A DNA stretch of 51,818 bases from Bacteroidota bacterium (GTDB taxonomy: Bacteria > Bacteroidota > Ignavibacteria > Palsa-1295). Below are positions 46,046 to 51,818 of the stretch, in pieces. Both the position numbers and the translations under genes were made by a program. The notes beneath the pieces were generated by a model that was not told the origin of the DNA, made no database searches, and saw only the letters and a program-made list of their open reading frames with translations. Positions within the stretch are counted from its first letter, which is position 1. Every line of letters starts with the position of its first letter. Location: positions 1 through 51,818 of the forward strand of contig JAKAIL010000001.1 in the NCBI GenBank assembly GCA_021825235.1, read 5' to 3'.

Positions 46046-46134
46046 CGCGCTTGCAACTTTGTGGCTCGTTCTAGGTGCTCCTTGTTTCAATCACTGGGTC
46101 GGCTATTGCGCCGAACCGCATCGAAAGATTAAAG

Positions 46135-46716
46135 ATGGACCCGTCCAGTCAGAGAAATTCGCTCCTTAAGAAGTGGTGGTTTTGGGTAGGCGCGGTGTTG
46201 TTGCTTCTCATTTTAATAGGCCGGTTTGGAAAGAACACCCAAACTACCACAGCGAGTATACCCGCGCCCCCCACAGCGCCGAGCCCTCCGCCCTCTCCAA
46301 CGGAGCCAGCGACAAACAGCGGCCCCGGAATCGGCAAGACGAGATCGTTTTTCGTCGCTACGCTACCGGACGTTAACTTTTCGCAAGGCAAGGACATCGA
46401 CGGGGAACCTAATTATGTGGGCACGGAGGGTGCTGCGATGTTTCAATTGATTGGCCCCGAAGATAATCTTACCGAGGCGTCGGTTACAATCTCGATGGAC
46501 CTTTCCGATCAGGGTATGGCCGCGAAGTGCGGTCGGCTTTTTGGCGCATTTGCCAATACAGTTGCGCCCGGCAGCTCCACATGGTTCGCAAACAACATCG
46601 AACGTGCGAGCAAGGAGGAAGTAACGAAGCACTTCGGTAAAATTCTCGGAAAAATCAGCGTTGCCGACATGGGCAATAATCTGGCGATCGTGAGTTTAAC
46701 ATTCAGCGCTTCCTAA
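46135..46716 (+). CDS. hypothetical single-pass membrane protein (TM anchor, Pro-rich linker, ~130-aa globular domain)
   Basis: Start at ATG 46135. KKWWFWVGAVLLLLILIG forms the TM segment, followed by the linker PAPPTAPSPPPSPTEP. No family recognised. It is the first gene of a same-strand cluster. Confidence 0.6.
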   Translation: MDPSSQRNSLLKKWWFWVGAVLLLLILIGRFGKNTQTTTASIPAPPTAPSPPPSPTEPATNSGPGIGKTRSFFVATLPDVNFSQGKDIDGEPNYVGTEGAAMFQLIGPEDNLTEASVTISMDLSDQGMAAKCGRLFGAFANTVAPGSSTWFANNIERASKEEVTKHFGKILGKISVADMGNNLAIVSLTFSAS

Positions 46717-46755
46717 TGGAGCAGCCCTTTCCACTAACAAATTAAATAGAAAACC

Positions 46756-47382
46756 ATGAACACGATCCTCGCTCAGGCGGAAACACAAGGGAACCCCTTG
46801 CTAGGCCTCCTTATTCTAATCGCCATAGCGGCGGTTATAGTCTATCTTGCTCGTAGGGTATATGCCGGTGCAAAGAAGACGGAGGCAGATAAGGCGGCAG
46901 CCCAAGCCGCATTCAATGCGCTTTCGCCGGAAGAAAAAGCGGCTATTCAGGCCAAAAAGGAGAAAGAGAAAACGCATTTCTCAGGCAGGTACATGGGCGG
47001 ACATCCCGACCTACCGAGGCCCATCCAAACTACCAATTGCCAGCTCGCCGAAGACGACATTCTGATCTATTCACCAGTAAGCGGGAAGCTCGGCCCCGTC
47101 GTGGGAAAAATTCCGCTCTCCCAAGTTCAGAATGTGGTGGTCGAGGACAAGAGCACCGTCGAGAAGCGCGTCACGATGACGCGGGTGCTCGCCATCGGCG
47201 TTTTCGCACTCGCGGCCAAAAAGAAAGAAGTCCACCCGGAATTTTATCTGACGATTTCATGGGGAGGTGGGAAGATAGGAAATGAGACTATCTTCGAGTT
47301 CGACGGAGAGAATGCGCAGGTCAATGCGAACGCGCTGCGGAACGAAATCGCAAAAAGAGTGAACGACCTTACTGCGGCTTGA
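46756..47382 (+). CDS. hypothetical membrane-anchored protein with a PH/GRAM-like C-terminal domain
   Basis: N-terminal TM segment LLGLLILIAIAAVIVYL, a charged helical linker, then YMGGHPDLPRP...CQLAEDDILIY...IPLSQVQNVVVEDKS...VLAIGVFALAAKKK...YLTISW. This is a pattern I associate with bacterial PH-like membrane-proximal domains. Confidence 0.6.
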   Translation: MNTILAQAETQGNPLLGLLILIAIAAVIVYLARRVYAGAKKTEADKAAAQAAFNALSPEEKAAIQAKKEKEKTHFSGRYMGGHPDLPRPIQTTNCQLAEDDILIYSPVSGKLGPVVGKIPLSQVQNVVVEDKSTVEKRVTMTRVLAIGVFALAAKKKEVHPEFYLTISWGGGKIGNETIFEFDGENAQVNANALRNEIAKRVNDLTAA

Positions 47383-47385
47383 GCA

Positions 47386-47526
47386 ATGAATGCGACGCGT
47401 TTAAACCACGGGCTCCTTCTCGCCGGAACCGGCCGGGCCGAATACCCCGATCTCTCCCTCGGCCAGGGAACCTTTAGGAAGGCGATGGTGGAGGATGTGA
47501 GCGGGGAGCAGGAAAGGATGTTTTAA
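47386..47526 (+). CDS. candidate small ORF (46 codons)
   Basis: The ATG is 4 nt after the preceding stop. It translates as MNATRLNHGLLLAGTGRAEYPDLSLGQGTFRKAMVEDVSGEQERMF. Coding is suggested by synonymous-only differences to the upstream relic copy. It ends 31 nt before the ATPase gene. Confidence 0.4.
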   Translation: MNATRLNHGLLLAGTGRAEYPDLSLGQGTFRKAMVEDVSGEQERMF

Positions 47527-47557
47527 TAAAAATCTCATTACTAACATTTCCAGCACT

Positions 47558-49587
47558 ATGAGCTTTTCTCTGCCTAAGGACGCGGTTAAGCGGGTGAACA
47601 TAGGTCACTCTTTCGCTGAGTACGACGAGCAACTTAAAAACCCATACGTTTTTGTCAAAACCCCCGCGACCATGTCAGCAGTAGATCGATCAAGGGGCCA
47701 CTGCTTTTTCGTCGGTCGAAGGGGGACGGGGAAAACAGCCACGAGCCTAATTGCAACAAGCACTTTCGGCAAGAATAGCGAGGTGATTTTGCCTCAGTTC
47801 TTTTCAGCCCTAGGCGCAGCGCTTAACCCAGCAAGTTTAAGGGACACGAGACAGAGGCCATTCAAGTCGCTTGTGACAGCTTTTAAACGCTCAATATTGG
47901 ACGAGGCCTACTCGGTCTGGGAGCGTAATGGAATTTTTCGATATAGCGAATATGACTCCACGCTCTCGAAGGAGAAGCAGTACATTGAAGATTTCGATTT
48001 TGAAGAAAGATGTGCGCACTTTATTGACGATATATTCGAGGTTTCTAGGGATCATCAGATCAAAGAATGGTCTCGCCGTCTCCATCGCGTTCAGGACCTT
48101 GAAAATGCTGCGGTTGAGAACATTGACGGCGGCGACGTAGTCACGATTTTGATTGACCGGTTGGATGAGTCTTGGGATGGAAGCGAAAAATCCGTGGTGG
48201 TTCTAATGGCTCTCATGCATGCGTGCGTAGAGTTGAATGCTTCGGAAGCGCCTATAAGAGTTCTTCTGTTCTTGAGGGAGAATATTTTTGCTCGTGTTCG
48301 CGACGCAGACAATGAGTTTGCCCGCATCGAGACATGGATAGTCTCGCTCGAGTGGTCCCGCGAGGACCTTATCGAGCTGGTTGAACGTAGGCTAGTACAA
48401 AACTTTACAGCAAAGCCTCAGTTACACGGCCCAACCTGGGATTTATTTTTCGAGCCATGGGATGGGAACCCTTCTTGGCAGTACATTCTCGATTTCTGCC
48501 TCGCGCGGCCAAGAGACGTTCTTACCTTTTGTTCCTTCGCTGTTCAATCCGCCCAGGCTCATCACCACACAAGGATACTTGTTGAGGATGTGCAGTTCGC
48601 GCGCCAGCAATTCTCGGACAGCAGGCTGAAGGACCTTGGCGACGAATACGCTGAGAATTTCCCGCAGATTCAGCTGGTGCTTGCTCGTTTCCATGGGCTC
48701 GGGTACAGGTTTAGTATGACCGGTATCGAAGACTTGATCAAAAAGCTTATTGTCGATTCAGAGATTGCGAGGCATTGTAAGTGGGTATACGCCGTCACGT
48801 CGCCAGCCCAGTTTATCGAGCTCTTCTACAACATTGGCTTCTTCGGGGTAACGAACGGTGGGCAGTCTACGTACCGATCCTCTGGTGCGAGCGGGTCGGC
48901 GTTTCCAGTCCTATCCCAATCGTCGGAAGTGGTAGTGCATCCCTCTTACCGCGACGCGCTAGGTCTCCAGCCTATCGTCGTTACTCGCTTGGCAGCCGAC
49001 TTGCGTTTGCAGACCGAAGGCCTCAAGCTGGACCTGCCTGAGAATATCGGTATAGACGAGTACACGGAGAGACTGAACACGATGCGGGATGAGTTTGGAA
49101 GGCTTCCGACTGGAAGTGAGCATTCTGCCATTTTTGAGGAACTCGTGGGCGATTTGGTGAAATTTTGCTTTTACAATGTGCTAACAAACGTGCAGCCCCA
49201 TGCAAGGACGGTTGGCAACACCGAAGTGCGGGACTGGATTGCGTCCAATCGCGCCGAAATTGCTTCTGGGAACGGATCAGGAATAAGTTCCACGCCAGTC
49301 AAGTGATCTGGGAGTGCAAAAACTATGCTGAGCTCGAGGCGTCCGACTTCCATCAGATGTCCTACTACATGTCAGAGTCCATTTCAAATTTTGTGGTTTG
49401 TTGCTTCCGTGGCGAGCGAAAAAAACATTACTTTCAACATATATCTAAGATTTCGAAGGATAAGAAGGGAATGATTCTCCTACTTGAAGAGAGGGATATG
49501 AAAGTAATCATTCGGAAGTCCTTAAGCGGAAAAAGCTGCGACGATCATTTAAACGACATATATGACCAGACGGAACGAATGATATAG
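47558..49587 (+). CDS. P-loop NTPase fused to a C-terminal PD-(D/E)xK (restriction-endonuclease-like) domain; reading frame broken by a 1-nt indel near 49257-49259
   Basis: Walker A is FFVGRRGTGKTATS (~47714-47737) and Walker B is VVTILIDRLDESWDG (~48140-48185), with a conserved LLFLRENIF strand after it. Frame 1 ends ...FEELVGDLVKF...TEVRDWIASNRAEIASG...*(49306). The -1 frame continues (N)CFWERIRNKFHASQVIWECKNYAEL...NFVVCCFRGE to 49587. Together they give an E...D...ExK nuclease core. Confidence 0.75.
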
Positions 49588-49682
49588 TCCTAATGCCGTT
49601 TGCACCATTCGTGAATCTATCGGGGCTTGGCATCCCTTAATCCGAACGTCTCCATGCCACTTTCTCGTTACGAAGAGTTCTT

Positions 49683-49785
49683 ATGGTAAAAATAGAACGG
49701 GCGATAATAATCGGTGCCTCGGCAGGGGGGGGCCATAGCGGCGCAGTTGCTTGCGGGCGGCGCTTCGGGGCCGCTGGCCGCGCGG
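49683..49785 (+). pseudogene. 5' fragment (~35 codons) of a short-chain dehydrogenase/reductase (SDR) gene
   Basis: From the ATG at 49683 it reads MVKIERAIIIGASAGGAIAAQLLAGGASGPLAARRRR. This is an SDR Rossmann start with the GxxxGIG motif damaged. It is truncated by the minus-strand TA cassette, and 35 nt (49736-49770) are identical to 50555-50589. Confidence 0.6.
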
Positions 49786-49799
49786 CGGCGGCGAACGGT

Positions 49800-49985
49800 T
49801 TATTCGTGGTTCTTCTTTTGGCGGCGCCTTTCGTCGAGCTGTTTGCCTAACGCGGAGTTCCTGCCCTCTTCATCGAGGCGGCGCACATATTCCTCGACGG
49901 GCAAATGTCCGAGCCGCTTGTAATTGGCATCCCTCACGCTCCTAACCCATTCGACGGCATCAAATTCCTTCTTCTTCTTTTCCAT
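49800..49985 (-). CDS. small protein partnered with the PIN toxin (putative antitoxin)
   Basis: 61 aa, MEKKKKEFDAVEWVRSVRDANYKRLGHLPVEEYVRRLDEEG... It resembles small proteins (KKEFDAV..vR..RD....) that I recall next to this PIN subfamily. It overlaps the PIN gene 3' end by 26 nt. Confidence 0.55.
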   Translation of the reverse strand: MEKKKKEFDAVEWVRSVRDANYKRLGHLPVEEYVRRLDEEGRNSALGKQLDERRRQKKNHE

Positions 49986-50436
49986 AAATTAATTCCTTTG
50001 GTGTTCGAATGTCGATCAATCCATACCCTTGGTCCAGGTTCACGGAATTGAACGCATGAATCCTCTGAAAGTTTACCAAATGCCGAAAATTCCAGCTTAC
50101 GACCATGTCGGCATTGTGTATCGTGGCGTAGGCGACATGGGAAGCATCGCCCTCATATCGGGGCGCAACGACTTCGGCATCCATGTATGCCCGCGTGAGG
50201 GAAAGTACTTCATCGGTTACTGCCAGCCGAATAAGTTGTTCGGAGTCGAACCCCTGGATTGATTCTCGTACTCGCGCAGGCGCGCCTTCCAATTCCTCGA
50301 CGGTCACGTTGGAAATCAGTCCGACATAAATTCCCATCCGGATCATCGACATAAGCTTGTTCGATGCCTCGCGGAACTCGTCGTCAAAACAACCGCCGAT
50401 GACGGAGGTATCGAGATAAATGCGCAGCCTCTTCAT
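49960..50436 (-). CDS. PIN-domain toxin (VapC-like subfamily with SWNF.HL motif)
   Basis: Start at ATG 50436. MKRLRIYLDTSVIGG (first Asp), VTVEELE, GDASHVAYATIHNADMVVSWNFRHLVN (third and fourth acidic/Ser positions). Confidence 0.8.
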   Translation of the reverse strand: MKRLRIYLDTSVIGGCFDDEFREASNKLMSMIRMGIYVGLISNVTVEELEGAPARVRESIQGFDSEQLIRLAVTDEVLSLTRAYMDAEVVAPRYEGDASHVAYATIHNADMVVSWNFRHLVNFQRIHAFNSVNLDQGYGLIDIRTPKELIYGKEEEGI

Positions 50437-50496
50437 TCCAATGGAAGAACATACGTGGATGGCCAGGACATTCCGCCAGTCCGTGCAACCCTTTCG

Positions 50497-50639
50497 TGGC
50501 AAAAATCGAACCGGCCGATAGTAATCGGCCCCTCGGCGGGCATCGGGCGGGCCGTAGCGGCGCAGTTGCTTGCGGGCGGCGCTTCGGGGGCGCTGGCAGC
50601 GCGGGTTCCCATAGCCGCGGAGCGGCGCAGTATCCGCAG
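50497..50639 (+). pseudogene. second, more complete 5' fragment (~48 codons) of an SDR gene; no start codon
   Basis: It reads WQKSNRPIVIGPSAGIGRAVAAQLLAGGASGALAARVPIAAERRSIRS with the GxxxGIG motif intact. It is a direct repeat of 49684-49785, and its tail (50601-50639) recurs at 51664-51702. Confidence 0.6.
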
Positions 50640-50849
50640 CCCAACATGAAGTGAAACGGAATGTTGGGTGCGTGTGGGAATTTAATTATTGGAATCCCGT
50701 AAGGACGGAGTACTGCGCCCACCGATCAGGTCGAGGGCAGGCTCTTTCAGGGCTTGGGAATTTAATCGCATTGCCAACCCAGGGTTCCATTTCGCCGTGG
50801 CGGACGCCTCTGGCACTTTTCGGGCGCTCTTCGTCCCCAAATTCCCAGG

Positions 50850-51512
50850 CTAATGGAAATAGCCAAGCTGTACGATGGGCATGGTGCGTCTTGTACTGCC
50901 GGTGGGGCCCTGCCACTCCGGAAGATTGAAGGTGATAGGGATGAAGCCAATTTCGGCGTAAGCGCCGTAGTAATCCGCTTCGAGGGCAAGGCCGGGACCG
51001 AACCATGTCGAGGTGCCCCCAAAGGGGGGCATATCCTGGGATGCACCGAATTGGCCGATTGAACATGCATCGATCCGCCAATTCGCCGACGACCAAAGCC
51101 GCCACGCTACCGCAAGTTCTACTCCGGCAACCGACGCATAATACTCCCACTCCAGATTTTGGCCCATAAAGATCGCTGGCTCGGACCGCGTGTACTCGAA
51201 ACAGCCCGCCTCCAGGCGGACGCCGAAGGTGGTTCCAAAATATCCCAGAAGGAAATTGAGAAGACCCGGTGTACCAAGCGCGCCGCCGAACGAGAATTTA
51301 TTCGACAGGAACGGTTCCGAGGAATCCGGAAGGGCCTGTGCGGATGCGACGGCTGCATTCGTATCGCGATGGACCGTGAACTCCTGCGCCTTGCCAGCTT
51401 GGTGCAGCATCAAAAGGACGAACATAGAGATAAATCTTGAATGAAGCCTGGTTTTCACAGCGTGCCAAATAGCAAGCGCCAAGCCACGGCGCACGCACAG
51501 CCAATCCGTCAA
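50850..51512 (-). CDS. hypothetical protein, possibly a small outer-membrane beta-barrel
   Basis: The ORF has a TTG start at 51512, with an alternative ATG at 51425 (MFVLLMLHQAGKAQE). It is Gly/aromatic-rich with alternating segments (FSFGGALGTPGLLNFLLGYFGTTFGVRLEAG..., GLALEADYYGAYAEIGF). No family recognised. Confidence 0.4.
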   Translation of the reverse strand: MTDWLCVRRGLALAIWHAVKTRLHSRFISMFVLLMLHQAGKAQEFTVHRDTNAAVASAQALPDSSEPFLSNKFSFGGALGTPGLLNFLLGYFGTTFGVRLEAGCFEYTRSEPAIFMGQNLEWEYYASVAGVELAVAWRLWSSANWRIDACSIGQFGASQDMPPFGGTSTWFGPGLALEADYYGAYAEIGFIPITFNLPEWQGPTGSTRRTMPIVQLGYFH

Positions 51513-51663
51513 AGCCCTTGATTAATAGCTAAAAAGCCGTTAAAACATTTAACTCGCGATAATAATATTTTCCGGTTCGGCCACCATGCTTGCCGCGCCG
51601 CCAATGGCATAGCCGTGGCCCCTTTGTAGAACTGCGTTTTCGTATTTGCGAATCAATCCCGCC

Positions 51664-51702
51664 GCGGGTTCCCACAGCCGCGGAGCGGCGTAGTACTCGC
51701 AG
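51664..51702 (+). repeat. third partial copy of the SDR-fragment repeat
   Basis: GCGGGTTCCCACAGCCGCGGAGCGGCGTAGTACTCGCAG versus 50601-50639 GCGGGTTCCCATAGCCGCGGAGCGGCGCAGTATCCGCAG gives about 35/39 identical by hand. Confidence 0.65.
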
Positions 51703-51818
51703 ATACCGTCTTAAAAGTCAAGTGGTTGCCATGATATTTTTTGCATTTATTACTACAATTTTTCGTGGCTGACCACTTTTTGCAATGCCCCAGAAGATGT
51801 GCAGTAGTTTTCGCATGA

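Noticed and set aside
49683-49923. Possible intact short-chain dehydrogenase gene starting at ATG 49683.
   Set aside because: Only ~35 codons look SDR-like and the GxxxGIG motif is damaged. The frame then runs antisense through the antitoxin gene into nonsense sequence, so I treat it as a gene fragment.
45886-51702. Integron-type gene-cassette array or CRISPR array.
   Set aside because: The repeats are not regularly spaced short units, which rules out CRISPR. They lack the RYYYAAC...GTTRRRY imperfect-palindrome structure of attC sites, and no intI gene is present. The repeats read as coding fragments. An attC covariance search is still needed to be sure.

Overview
This 51.8-kb window is probably a whole contig from an FCB-superphylum bacterium. 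My guess is an Ignavibacteria/Chlorobi-like lineage, based on several T9SS C-terminal sorting domains, a tmRNA tag ending YSYAMAA, and a TTTG/TAnnTTTG-type promoter box.

Nt 1-29,100 is mostly core genome:
- an RlpA-like protein and a GT-C-like membrane glycosyltransferase
- tmRNA (ssrA) and a DJ-1/PfpI protein
- an outer-membrane barrel plus a T9SS thioredoxin-like protein
- a block of a frameshifted NIF3 gene, a COG1579 zinc-ribbon gene and RNase P RNA (rnpB)
- prs, a Tat-signal class-V aminotransferase, and ptsH-ptsI
- a lipoprotein plus an ABC ATPase, and a two-lipoyl-domain E2 acyltransferase
- an alkyltransferase-like (ATL) protein and an HpnE-like FAD oxidoreductase
- MacA/MacB-like genes, a ppk2 operon and a SulP transporter

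After an AT-rich break (29.1-29.4 kb) the content turns accessory:
- an ICMT-family methyltransferase
- a Phd/VapC cassette bracketed by two diverged copies of the methyltransferase 3' end
- a SHOCT protein and a DUF6883/DUF4926 pair
- an AT-richer orphan 356-aa gene
- a GlxA-headed island of small ligand-binding/detox proteins (SRPBCC, GyrI-like, RibD_C, YciI, four VOC/PhnB-type) punctuated by hairpin repeats

secA and ald follow, with a decaying DUF4160/DUF2442 pair between them.

The last 6.5 kb is a mosaic:
- a 0.85-kb non-coding stretch with an ATAGGTGCCCA motif
- a four-gene operon of two membrane-anchored proteins, a 46-codon ORF and a P-loop ATPase fused to a PD-(D/E)xK nuclease. This is my best candidate for an undescribed defence-type system.
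- a PIN-toxin cassette bracketed by SDR-gene 5' fragments
- a small barrel-like protein

I recognised no rRNA, tRNA, CRISPR array, transposase or integrase. All three frameshifts sit in homopolymer runs, so sequence quality must be checked before calling pseudogenes.
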